From the NCBI GenBank assembly GCA_963663385.2, contig CAXXXD010000002.1:800001-864000 (forward strand): DNA of 64,000 nt, read 5' to 3'. Positions 18,039-27,315 of this stretch are shown here, in pieces. The notes under the pieces were generated by a model. The model was given only the letters and a program-made list of their open reading frames with translations. It ran no database searches and was not told the DNA's origin. The DNA is from Oceanispirochaeta sp. Lineage in GTDB: Bacteria; Spirochaetota; Spirochaetia; DSM-2461. Within the stretch, counting starts at the first letter, position 1, and each line of letters begins with the position of its first letter. Both the position numbers and the translations under genes were made by a program.

Positions 18039-19181
18039 ATGGAAGAAATTCAGATTCTTCATAAGGAAATGCATGGGAATGAACCGCAGGTATGCGTTAA
18101 AGTTCCCGGGAAGCTTGATCTTATGGGGGAGCATACGGAGTACTTTGAAGGATTAGTCCTTTCTTTGGCCGTAAACAAATACCTTTATGTATCTCTTTCG
18201 GAGCGGGAGGATAACTCTGTCCGCTGTTATTCTGAAAATTATAAAGAAAGAAAAAAATCCTCCCTGTCCGGACTGAAGTATAAAAGAGAAGATCGTTGGG
18301 CCAATTATGTAAAAGGTGCTGTCTCTGTAATGATGCAGCTCGGCTGTCCGGTCCGGGGACTGGATATTACGATCTTAAGTGAAATTCCGGAACAGGTCGG
18401 CTTGGGGTCTTCTTCTGCGCTGACACTGGCTGTTGTTCTGGCTTTGAAACAGATTTACCAGTTTGATGTCTCCGATATTCAGCTTGTGGAAGCTGCCCGC
18501 CTGGCTGAGATGAAATTCATGAAAAAAGATCCCGGTATTACGGCTTGTACCGTCGCCTATTATGCGAAGAAGGGGCACGCCCTGCTGATTGATACCAGAA
18601 CCATGGATATGGAGTATATCGATATTGATTTTTCGCCAGTGATCTTTCTTATTACTGATTCTCACGTTCCCAACGGCAACGGTTATGGCGAAACGGAAGA
18701 TCTCAGCAAGGTTAATGAAGAGTGCCTGACGTCCCTGCATAAAGTCAGAAAAAATCAGCTTCTTAAAGATCTCTCTTATAATGATATGAGGAGCGGCCTG
18801 GAGAGTTATCCCGAACATATAAGACGGCGCTGCCTTCATGTGGTTCAGGAGATCCACAGGGTAATGGAAATGCGTTCCGCTCTGGAGCATAGGGATTTGG
18901 TGACTGTCGGGAAATTGATGAGCCGCTCCCATGAAAGCCTGCGGGATCTGCTGGAGATATCCTGTCCCGAGCTAGACTGGCTGGTTAAACGGGCAAATGA
19001 AACCAACGGGATATTCGGATCCCGGATGATAGGGAATGGCTTCGGCGGCTGTACAATTAACCTGATAAATGTTAATAATATTCCATTATACGATGAACAT
19101 TTGGAAGAATATGACCGTATTTTCGGTTTCAAGGCAAACCATTTTATTTGCGTACCCGTTTCCGGTGTGAAGTATCAATAA
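18039..19181 (+). CDS. Galactokinase-family (GHMP) protein, divergent active site
   Basis: PGKLDLMGEHTEY, WANYVKG, IPEQVGLGSSS, SHESLR...SCPELD, GSRMIGNGFGG. Confidence 0.85.
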   Translation: MEEIQILHKEMHGNEPQVCVKVPGKLDLMGEHTEYFEGLVLSLAVNKYLYVSLSEREDNSVRCYSENYKERKKSSLSGLKYKREDRWANYVKGAVSVMMQLGCPVRGLDITILSEIPEQVGLGSSSALTLAVVLALKQIYQFDVSDIQLVEAARLAEMKFMKKDPGITACTVAYYAKKGHALLIDTRTMDMEYIDIDFSPVIFLITDSHVPNGNGYGETEDLSKVNEECLTSLHKVRKNQLLKDLSYNDMRSGLESYPEHIRRRCLHVVQEIHRVMEMRSALEHRDLVTVGKLMSRSHESLRDLLEISCPELDWLVKRANETNGIFGSRMIGNGFGGCTINLINVNNIPLYDEHLEEYDRIFGFKANHFICVPVSGVKYQ

Positions 19182-19204
19182 TTTATCTAAAGAGATGATT
19201 CTTA

Positions 19205-19954
19205 ATGAAAATACTGATTACAAATGACGACGGGATTTACAGCCCGGGATTGCAGATTCTGAAAGAAGTCCTGTCAAAAAAACATGACATTTGGGTAATG
19301 GCGCCCGATGGCGACCGGAGCGGCACTTCCCAGTCGATTACTCTGCGGGACCCCGTTAAGATCAGGAAAATAGATGATCAGTCCTGGTCATGCAGCGGAA
19401 CGCCAACCGATTGTATCGTATACGGTACGGGAGGATTCCTTCCTGTGGATGTGGATCTGGTTCTTTCCGGGATCAATATAGGTCCCAATCTGGGCACGGA
19501 TCTGCTCTATTCCGGTACAGCGGCCGCTGCCCGTCAGGCTGCGTTGCATGATTTTCCGGCTATAGCCGTTTCTCTTAATCGATTCGATCCTCCTTTTGAT
19601 TTTGAGGGGATAGCCGAATTTGTTCTCAAGCATCTGGAGGAACTGAAAGGCCTTTGGGAGGACAGCTGTTTCTTTAATATGAACTTTCCCTCCGAGATGG
19701 ATGTGGATTCCCGTATGGAGTGGACCTGGCCTGCCAGACGGATCTATAACGATGAGGTTGTTCAATTCGAATCCCCCCGGCAGGAAGGCACTTACTGTTT
19801 TCTGAAAGGGAGTATTGTCTCTTCCCAGAATACCGAGGGTTCAGATGTCCTTGCCGTGAAAAGGGGTAACGTCTCTATTTCTGCTGTACGGGTAGCTCCC
19901 GCTATTGTTGAACATATTGGAAAAATACCGGAAAGTGCGGGGTCATATCACTGA
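19205..19954 (+). CDS. surE: 5'/3'-nucleotidase SurE
   Basis: ILITNDDG, SGTPTDC, SGINIGPNLG...YSGT. Confidence 0.95.
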   Translation: MKILITNDDGIYSPGLQILKEVLSKKHDIWVMAPDGDRSGTSQSITLRDPVKIRKIDDQSWSCSGTPTDCIVYGTGGFLPVDVDLVLSGINIGPNLGTDLLYSGTAAAARQAALHDFPAIAVSLNRFDPPFDFEGIAEFVLKHLEELKGLWEDSCFFNMNFPSEMDVDSRMEWTWPARRIYNDEVVQFESPRQEGTYCFLKGSIVSSQNTEGSDVLAVKRGNVSISAVRVAPAIVEHIGKIPESAGSYH

Positions 19955-20625
19955 TGTCCCATAGAGAAGACGGTTTGACACTCTATGAGAGTGGTTTATA
20001 CGAAGATGCCCTGGATGCTTTTCTGTCCGAGGATATAGATCCGGTGGAAGATGCGGAACTGGCCTATCTGATAGGTCTCTGCTATACCCGGACGCGTGAG
20101 TATAATGCGGCTGTTTTCTATATGGAAAAGTCTCTGGAGCAGGACAGCTCTTTTTTGAGGGCTTATCAGATAAGAATGGTTTTAGGGTATATCTATAATA
20201 TAACCGGGAACTATCCGGCGGCAGAGATGCAGATGCGTCAGATTCTGGATGATGGTTTCGAATCATCCCAGATCTATACCTCTCTGGGGTTTGCTCTATG
20301 GAACAAGGGGAGTGTTCCCGATGCCATTGATTACCTGACACGGGCAATCGAGATTGATCCCGATAATCCCAATACACTGAATTCCCTGGGGTATATTATG
20401 GCAGAAGAAGGAATCAACCCGGAAAAAGCTGTTGAGTACTGCCGTAAAGCTGTAGATCTGAACCCTGAAAATGGAAATTACCTTGACTCTCTGGGGTGGG
20501 CGCTGTTTAAAACGGGGAGCACCGATGAAGCCCGGACCTATCTGGAGCGGGCCGTAAAAAGAATTGGTGACAGCCCCGATATTCGGGAGCATTTGAATGT
20601 GCTGGAGCGTTATGACAGATTCTAG
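19954..20625 (+). CDS. TPR-repeat protein
   Basis: Several TPR units (LG..L...G...AI.YL.RA..IDP.N...LNSLGY; YLDSLGW). Confidence 0.9.
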   Translation: MSHREDGLTLYESGLYEDALDAFLSEDIDPVEDAELAYLIGLCYTRTREYNAAVFYMEKSLEQDSSFLRAYQIRMVLGYIYNITGNYPAAEMQMRQILDDGFESSQIYTSLGFALWNKGSVPDAIDYLTRAIEIDPDNPNTLNSLGYIMAEEGINPEKAVEYCRKAVDLNPENGNYLDSLGWALFKTGSTDEARTYLERAVKRIGDSPDIREHLNVLERYDRF

Positions 20626-22657
20626 AATAAGAAACATTCTATTTCTATTGCTATTCATCTCTATTTCCTCATTGAATTCCCAGCAGAACAGTGCGGTTGA
20701 TTCTGTCAGTATTCAGGCTGCGGAAGAGTTTCGCTGGGGAGTTGTATCCTTTCACGAAGGGCTTTATAACAAAGCAATTCTCTCTCTTGAGAAATCATTG
20801 GCGCTTGATCCTGATAATATCCTGACCAGTTTCTGGCTGGGGAGAGGGTATTATCAGTCGGGGTTCGAGGAGGCTGCTCTGAATGAGTGGCAGAATCTGA
20901 TAGACCAGGGTAACGCCGGATCCGCCCTTATGAGCTTTTCCGAAATAGTGACAGACCGGAGAGGTCTGTCCAGGGAACTAAAATCCAGTGACCGGCTGGT
21001 AGAACTTTATGATATCCCCCGGGAGCAGGAGGGTTTTACCTTTTATAATCGTCCCGTTTCCGTTACATCCTCACCAGATGGTGACGGCAGTTTTTACCTT
21101 TTGTCCTATTTAAATGGCGACCTGCTGCAAATCAGTACAACCGGCCGGATCAGTCATGTTCTTTCGGGCGGTGTTCTGGGTTTTGACAGGCCCTTCGATA
21201 TGGATTTCCTCTCCCCGGATCAGATGGTTGTTTCCGAGTATGGAGCAGACCGGATTTCAATCTGTTCCCGGGCCGGTTTCCGTGTTAATACTATAGGGAG
21301 TCATGGAACCGGGGATGGTGAGTTATTAGGTCCTCAGTATATTGCTGTTTCGGATGATCAATACATCTATGTGTCCGAATGGGGTAACCGCAGGATAAGC
21401 AAATTCAATCTGGAAGGAGATTTTATACTCTCTTTCGGAAGGCCCCGGGCGGATTTTTCCGGTTTGAGAGGGCCTAGCGGTCTACAGCTTCGTAACGGGC
21501 TGGTTTATGTGGCTGATTCCATGACCGGCAGGATTGAAGTATTCGATGAAAGCGGTAACTTTATACAAACTCTGATCAGGGAGGGGCTGAAAGCACCCGA
21601 AGACCTGCTGTTTATTGATGACGATTCTCTTTTAATCACAGATGAAGGACAGATCCTCGTTTATGATATGGATAAAGATGTTATCTCTGTCGCCTCAGAT
21701 CTTGAGGGAATGGGAAAGCGTGTCCTCAGTATTACTCAGGACGGTAACGGGAATATTGTCGCCGCTGATTTTGACCGGAATTCCGTATCTGTCATGACCG
21801 ATCTGGCAACCCTGTATGCCGGTCTCTTTCTCCGGATAAACAGAATCAATACGGCTGAGTATCCCCTGGTGCATGTCGATTTTACAGTGGAAGACCGATG
21901 GGGGAAACCTGTTGTGGGGCTGGATCAGAAAAACTTTTATCTGAGAGAGGAGGGATTGACAATAAAAGACTTTGAACTGTCATTTGCCGGTTACAGCAAC
22001 CGGGATCTGAGTATTTCTGTTCTGGTGGATAACAGCAGTTCCCTTTCTGATAAAAAGGATCTGATTCAGGATGGGGTAAGAAGCCTTTTCCGGAATTTAT
22101 CATCCTCTGATGATGCCAACCTTATAAGTATTAAGGATTCTCCCCAGGTCCTTCTGGAACCGGGTGAAAATCTGGTGGATATCCTGTCTGATTTGACATC
22201 CGAATGGTCCGACCATCCGGCCATTGCCTCGGGGTTGCGATTGGGCGCGTCCCAGCTGATTCCGGACAGGAAGAGGAAGGCTGTCATTTTTTTTACGGAC
22301 GGCCGTATACACCCCGAAACTTTTGTAGATTACGGGTTGCAGGATATGGCGCAGTATCTGAATAACAACGGTATTGCTTTCTATCCGGTTTATCTGGAAC
22401 CGGACTACAGAAATACCGAACTTGACTATATAGCCAGGGAGACCGGGGGCAGTTCCCACTACCTGTTGCAGCCCAGGGGTATCCTTCCGCTTCTGGAGGA
22501 TATCCGTTCGGGCGGCAATGGTTTTTATACTTTGAGTTACAATGCCGTGACACCTACCAGGTTCGGCCAGGCTTACATCCCTTTGACTCTTGAGGTAAAC
22601 TATGTTCGCAAGAGCGGCCGGGATGAACTTGGCTATTTCGGCCCTCTGGAATATTGA
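20612..22657 (+). CDS. Exported TPR + NHL beta-propeller + vWA protein
   Basis: GGAG RBS, signal peptide, TPR, NHL repeats (GP..IAV...IYVSEWGNRRI; GP.G....VYVADS..RI.VF), MIDAS-like VDNSSS and FTDG. Confidence 0.8.
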   Translation: MTDSRIRNILFLLLFISISSLNSQQNSAVDSVSIQAAEEFRWGVVSFHEGLYNKAILSLEKSLALDPDNILTSFWLGRGYYQSGFEEAALNEWQNLIDQGNAGSALMSFSEIVTDRRGLSRELKSSDRLVELYDIPREQEGFTFYNRPVSVTSSPDGDGSFYLLSYLNGDLLQISTTGRISHVLSGGVLGFDRPFDMDFLSPDQMVVSEYGADRISICSRAGFRVNTIGSHGTGDGELLGPQYIAVSDDQYIYVSEWGNRRISKFNLEGDFILSFGRPRADFSGLRGPSGLQLRNGLVYVADSMTGRIEVFDESGNFIQTLIREGLKAPEDLLFIDDDSLLITDEGQILVYDMDKDVISVASDLEGMGKRVLSITQDGNGNIVAADFDRNSVSVMTDLATLYAGLFLRINRINTAEYPLVHVDFTVEDRWGKPVVGLDQKNFYLREEGLTIKDFELSFAGYSNRDLSISVLVDNSSSLSDKKDLIQDGVRSLFRNLSSSDDANLISIKDSPQVLLEPGENLVDILSDLTSEWSDHPAIASGLRLGASQLIPDRKRKAVIFFTDGRIHPETFVDYGLQDMAQYLNNNGIAFYPVYLEPDYRNTELDYIARETGGSSHYLLQPRGILPLLEDIRSGGNGFYTLSYNAVTPTRFGQAYIPLTLEVNYVRKSGRDELGYFGPLEY

Positions 22658-22660
22658 TCT

Positions 22661-22975
22661 ATGTTTTTTACTAAAAAAGGAAAAGCCCGTTGGGAGGGAT
22701 ACTGCCTCCGCTGTGGAAAATGCTGCTATGAGAAGGAGTTTATTCCCGGAGGAACTCTGATAACTAACTATAGTAAACCCTGCCGGTTCCTTAATGAGGA
22801 AACCCGTAAGTGCAATGTGTATGTAAACCGTTTCAATGCCTGTAAGGAGTGCAGGAAAGTAAACCTGTGGACAGCTCTCTTTTCTCCAGCCCTTCCTCCC
22901 GACTGCGGGTATGTGATTAATGTGCGGAATCGTTTCCGGCTTCGGGAAATCCGGAATCTGTGGAAGACTTTCTGA
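22661..22975 (+). CDS. YkgJ-like CxxCxxCC cysteine-cluster protein
   Basis: CLRCGKCC...PCRFL....KC.VY..RF..C..C...LPPDCGY. Confidence 0.8.
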   Translation: MFFTKKGKARWEGYCLRCGKCCYEKEFIPGGTLITNYSKPCRFLNEETRKCNVYVNRFNACKECRKVNLWTALFSPALPPDCGYVINVRNRFRLREIRNLWKTF

Positions 22976-23154
22976 GGGATTTTCCTGGTCATTAGTTTGT
23001 CAGAGCGGGAGAATATACGGATCTGAATACAGGGATCACCTATTTGGAAGGATAGTACGGGATTAAATAATGAAAAATCCCGAAAACTTACAGGTCGATC
23101 AGCCTGTCTAGACCTACAGCATTTGATTCATATATAATAATTTCAGTTAACAAT

Positions 23155-24327
23155 ATGAGAAAATTCCCATTCACGGCCATTGTCGGCCAGGACACAATGA
23201 AATCTGCTCTGATTTTGAACGCTATCGATCCGTCCATAGGCGGAGTTCTGATCCGCGGTCACAAGGGCACTGCAAAAAGTACAGCGGTACGTTCTCTGGT
23301 GGAACTGCTTCAGCCCCTTAAAGTTGTAGAAGGATGTCCCTATCACTGTGATCCGGATGCATCCGGTTTCATTCATGACGACTGCCGGGTAAAAGCGGAA
23401 AGGGGAGAGGCACTTCCTTCAATTGAAGTCGCTGTCCCTCTCGTCGAACTGCCTCTCGGGGCAACAGAGGACCGGCTTGTGGGATCTCTGCACATTGAAC
23501 GTGCTATACACTCCGGAGAGAGGGTTTTCGAGCCCGGTCTTCTTGCTGCAGCCAACCGCGGTATACTCTATGTGGACGAAGTGAATCTGCTGGACGATCA
23601 TCTGGTGGATCTTTTGCTCGATACAGCAGCATCCGGAGTCAACCGTGTGGAACGGGAGGGGGTCTCCGAGATTCATCCGGCCGATTTTATCCTGATTGGA
23701 ACCATGAATCCCGAAGAGGGTGAACTCAGGCCTCAGTTTCTGGATCGTTTCGGACTCTGTACCAGTGTAATCGGGGAAAAGGATGTTAAGCGGCGCAGTA
23801 CCCTGATCCGCAGGCGTCTGGATTTTGAAAAGGATCCCCAGGCATTCTGTAAAAGCTGGGAAGCATCCCAGAATATGCTGCGGGAGCAGATCGCACAGGC
23901 CCGTCGGCACCTACCTGATATTTCCGTTCCGGATGAGATACTGGATAATGCTTCTGCTCTGGCTGTCAAAGTCGGGGCTCAGGGACACCGCGCGGAAATC
24001 ACCATGGTAAAAGTGGCAACGGCCCTTGCCGCTTTCCAGGAACGGGAGGCTGTTACTCCTGCGGATGTACTGACAGCTGCCACTATGGTGCTTCCCCACC
24101 GGCTTGACCGTTTTATTGAACACGGTGGCGCAGAACTCCCTAAGGAGCTGCTGGATGCGCTGCAGGAAGTTTTTGGAGAGCTTCCTTTTATTCATGAGGA
24201 AGAAGAAGCTGACGATGATTTTGATCCTATGTTTGATCCGGATGAAGATATTTTTCCCGGTTCTTTTGCCGGGGGGATGCCGATTTTTTCTTTCTTAAAA
24301 AAAAAGCACCCAGCACTGTTCTTCTAG
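23155..24327 (+). CDS. ChlI/BchI-like AAA+ chelatase subunit (zero-frame product)
   Basis: FPFTAIVGQ, Walker [21 protein letters not shown], Walker [28 protein letters not shown]; acidic linker at C-terminus. Confidence 0.93.
   Translation: MRKFPFTAIVGQDTMKSALILNAIDPSIGGVLIRGHKGTAKSTAVRSLVELLQPLKVVEGCPYHCDPDASGFIHDDCRVKAERGEALPSIEVAVPLVELPLGATEDRLVGSLHIERAIHSGERVFEPGLLAAANRGILYVDEVNLLDDHLVDLLLDTAASGVNRVEREGVSEIHPADFILIGTMNPEEGELRPQFLDRFGLCTSVIGEKDVKRRSTLIRRRLDFEKDPQAFCKSWEASQNMLREQIAQARRHLPDISVPDEILDNASALAVKVGAQGHRAEITMVKVATALAAFQEREAVTPADVLTAATMVLPHRLDRFIEHGGAELPKELLDALQEVFGELPFIHEEEEADDDFDPMFDPDEDIFPGSFAGGMPIFSFLKKKHPALFF
24297..24306 (+). promoter_or_regulatory. Slippery site A9G (TTA AAA AAA AAG)
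   Basis: A_AAA_AAG heptamer in the zero frame at the AAA+/vWA junction; zero-frame stop seven codons later. Confidence 0.75.
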
Positions 24328-25106
24328 GGGATGAAACCCCTCTTCGTCTATCTCTGGAGGAGCATAATATCCTGCCGGGACGTAAACTGCGAAGAGTATC
24401 CCGCAGCGGCAGGCATTTAGCCTCCGTCCCCGTTCAGTCTGCCGATCAGATGAATGATATAGATCTTCTGGCAACCTGTATGGCTGCTGCCATGCGCCGT
24501 ACACCCGGAGAGTCTCCTTTAGCAGGCAACGGTATTGTCCTGCAGGATCTCCGTCGCCGGATTCGCGTCCAGCCGGTAAAGAAAACAATCCTCTTTTTAC
24601 TGGATGCTTCTGATTCCATGCTTCTGGAAGAGCAGATGAAACTGGCAAAGGGCGCTGTCCTGGGTCTTCTGACCCAGGCCTATCAGAAGCGTTACCGTGT
24701 TGGTGTAATTGTTTTTCATCATTGGCATGCCAGGGAGATCCTGCCTCCCACAACCAGCATTGCCCGAGCCCGTCAGGCTCTGCAGGCTGTAGCAACCGGA
24801 GGAGGGACCCCCCTTGCCGACGGCCTTCATACTGTTCTCCAGGTCGTTCGTTCAGAGCGTATCCGTCATCCCAATGATATGCCGCAGCTTATTCTGGTAA
24901 CCGACGGGAAACCCTCAGTACCCAGAACTCCCGGGGCCGATCTCAGGCAGGAAGTTCTGGAGCTTGCCGGTCAATTCCCCGCCCGGAATATTCCGGCCAT
25001 GGTACTGTCCACTGCAGAACCGGGGAAGGTCCTCCGGGAACTGGCGGTTTATCTGAAAGCGCCTCTCCGGAAGCTCCGGGATGTAGTGCATAGTTACGAT
25101 ACCTAA
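24303..25106 (+). CDS. ChlD-like vWA domain in the -1 frame, probably fused to the AAA+ part by frameshifting (~650 aa in total)
   Basis: The -1 frame is open from the A9 run through ATG 24450 to TAA 25106; DL.AT..AA, MIDAS LDASDSM, GGGTPLA, VTDGK. Confidence 0.85.
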   Translation, partial: KAPSTVLLGDETPLRLSLEEHNILPGRKLRRVSRSGRHLASVPVQSADQMNDIDLLATCMAAAMRRTPGESPLAGNGIVLQDLRRRIRVQPVKKTILFLLDASDSMLLEEQMKLAKGAVLGLLTQAYQKRYRVGVIVFHHWHAREILPPTTSIARARQALQAVATGGGTPLADGLHTVLQVVRSERIRHPNDMPQLILVTDGKPSVPRTPGADLRQEVLELAGQFPARNIPAMVLSTAEPGKVLRELAVYLKAPLRKLRDVVHSYDT

Positions 25107-25177
25107 CCCAGCAAATAATCAGCTGTAACCGAATACTTCTTGCGTTCCTGATTCAAAAACTCCGAATCAGTCAGTTA

Positions 25178-26485
25178 TCAGGAAACCAGATCGCCTGTCA
25201 GGGAGAGACCTGTGGAACCAGTTATTTTAACCCGGCAGAACCGGCCGGTCATATCATCCGCTTCTCCTGTGAAGTGGATATTGATCTTTCCTTCGGTCAG
25301 TCCGGCGTACTTTTTTTCGTCCCGGGATTTCCCCGTTACCAGAACGGTCTGTTCTGTTCCGACAAGTTTTCTGTTGAATTCTCCGGCGCTTTTGATAAAT
25401 ACATCCGATAGAATATGAAGGCGTTCTTTTTTTATTTCCTGAGCAACTTCGTCTTCCCAGCGGGCGCTGACGGCTCCCGGTCGGGGGGAGTATGTGGCGA
25501 TAAAAGCCATATTATAGCGGAATTCCGCCAAAGCCCGGCGGGTATTTTCAAACTGTTCATCCGTTTCGGTGGTAAATCCGACAATGATGTCGGTAAAGAT
25601 TGTCGCTTCGGGCATAAGTTCCCGGATTTTATGTACAATCTTTCTGTAATCTTCCAGACTGTATTTCCGGTTCATTTTTTTCAGTACTTCGTTATCTCCG
25701 GATTGGAGAGGAAGGTGAACCTGTTTCGCCAGACACTTATACCGGGACATTATCTCCAGAACGTCATCGGTCATATCCCTGGGGTGGGGAGACGTAAAGT
25801 AGACCCAGAAGGGCGTATCCGATTCCTCGCCTTTTTTACCTATCTCTTCCAGAAGCCGGGGGAAGGTCAGTTCCTCCCCTTTTTTATCCAGGCCATAGGA
25901 GTTCACATTCTGTCCCAGAAGGGTAATGGATTTATACCCTTTGCCGATCAGACTGTCCAGTTCATCCAGAACTTCACCGGATGGGCGGGAGACTTCCCGG
26001 CCCCTGGTATAGGGAACCGCGCAGTAGGTACAGAACTTGTCGCAGCCGTTCTGAATGGGGATGAAGGCTTCGTAACCGGACTGATAGGAGGGATCAATGT
26101 GCCAGAACTCCTCCTGGTTGTGATGCTTCAGGCCTGTGGGAGTTACAATCCCGTATTGACTGATCATTTCGGGTAGACCCGCAATATCATTTGTTTCAAA
26201 CACCAGGTCGAAGGATTTCAAAAAGGTTTTCCTGTCTTTCGGCAGGAGACATCCCGTGACAAAGGTTATCAGGTTCCTGTCCTTTTTCCATTTGTTCCAG
26301 AGATGGATCCGGGTGTGTACCTTATCGATGGCTTTCTGCCGGACCGAACAGGCGATAATCCCCAGAATATCCGCTTCTTCCTCTTTTTCCGTGGGTTCGA
26401 ATCCCATATCCTTAAAGACCGTTTTCAATCGTTCCGAATCGGACAGATTCATTTGACAGCCGAGGGTCAATACATAATATTTCAT
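25178..26485 (-). CDS. miaB: tRNA 2-methylthio-N6-isopentenyl-A37 synthase
   Basis: TLGCQMN.SDSE, CSVR, radical SAM CDKFCTYC, LLGQNVNSYG, HLPLQSG, DIIVGF, C-terminal TRAM domain. Confidence 0.93.
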   Translation of the reverse strand: MKYYVLTLGCQMNLSDSERLKTVFKDMGFEPTEKEEEADILGIIACSVRQKAIDKVHTRIHLWNKWKKDRNLITFVTGCLLPKDRKTFLKSFDLVFETNDIAGLPEMISQYGIVTPTGLKHHNQEEFWHIDPSYQSGYEAFIPIQNGCDKFCTYCAVPYTRGREVSRPSGEVLDELDSLIGKGYKSITLLGQNVNSYGLDKKGEELTFPRLLEEIGKKGEESDTPFWVYFTSPHPRDMTDDVLEIMSRYKCLAKQVHLPLQSGDNEVLKKMNRKYSLEDYRKIVHKIRELMPEATIFTDIIVGFTTETDEQFENTRRALAEFRYNMAFIATYSPRPGAVSARWEDEVAQEIKKERLHILSDVFIKSAGEFNRKLVGTEQTVLVTGKSRDEKKYAGLTEGKINIHFTGEADDMTGRFCRVKITGSTGLSLTGDLVS

Positions 26486-26495
26486 GATGCTGTAA

Positions 26496-27272
26496 CTATT
26501 TTCCTTTAAACCAGGCAATCACTTCGTCTGCCACTTCTTCCTTGTCACATCCGTCGACAATAACGTGGGGACTTTCTTTCAGGACAACCCGTTTTGTTTC
26601 TGTGCTGGCAATACCTTTCTCTATAATATCCGCTGCCTCAGGTGGTACCGTTTTATCCCCTAAGGAGACAATAGTCAAGGCGGGAGCTGTTACATCACAG
26701 AGTTTTTTTGCCGCCATTTTCTGCAGTATGATAAGATCCTCTATTTTGGCCGTATCATAAAAAGCCCAGTACTCTTTGCCTATCTCTTTCCGCTCTGCCA
26801 GTTCCTCATCATCCGGAGACCATCCGCTTTCTACGGACTTGACGAAATACTTCAGATAGGGAGCTGAATAAAAAAGCTTGTTGTATATTAGAACCGCCGG
26901 AGCCATCAGGGCTATCCTGTCGGGATTGAAGTTCTCGGCCAGAAGGAGGGTAAGTACGGCGCCCATGGAGAGGCCTGCAACATACACTTTCTTATGACGG
27001 CTTTTAAGATTCAGGTACTCATCGACTACACAGCGGAGCCAGTCCCTGTATCCCGACTCATGAAAGTCATACCGGTTTGTGCCGTGACCGGGCAGGCGGG
27101 GACAGGATACCGTATACCCTTCATCTGCCAACCGGCTGAACAGATAGCTGAATTCTCCTGTTATTCCACGGTGGCCATGAATCAGGAGAACTGCTTCATC
27201 GCCCCCTTTATGAAAAAGAGACTGCCCCAGAGGGAAGATACTTGTTGCTGCTGGTATTTTTCTGAAATTCAT
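26496..27272 (-). CDS. Alpha/beta-hydrolase carboxylesterase (Est30/YvaK-like)
   Basis: LLIHG, PRLPGHG, nucleophile GLSMG, D.TV, SPH. Confidence 0.9.
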   Translation of the reverse strand: MNFRKIPAATSIFPLGQSLFHKGGDEAVLLIHGHRGITGEFSYLFSRLADEGYTVSCPRLPGHGTNRYDFHESGYRDWLRCVVDEYLNLKSRHKKVYVAGLSMGAVLTLLLAENFNPDRIALMAPAVLIYNKLFYSAPYLKYFVKSVESGWSPDDEELAERKEIGKEYWAFYDTAKIEDLIILQKMAAKKLCDVTAPALTIVSLGDKTVPPEAADIIEKGIASTETKRVVLKESPHVIVDGCDKEEVADEVIAWFKGK

Positions 27273-27315
27273 AAGTCAAAGATAACAAAGAACTGATCTT
27301 TGTAAAAGAAGAAAA

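Noticed and set aside
24450..25106. Independent vWA gene starting at ATG 24450, or a chlD pseudogene
   Set aside because: There is no SD, the frame is open back to the A9 site, and both halves keep intact motifs, so recoding explains it better.
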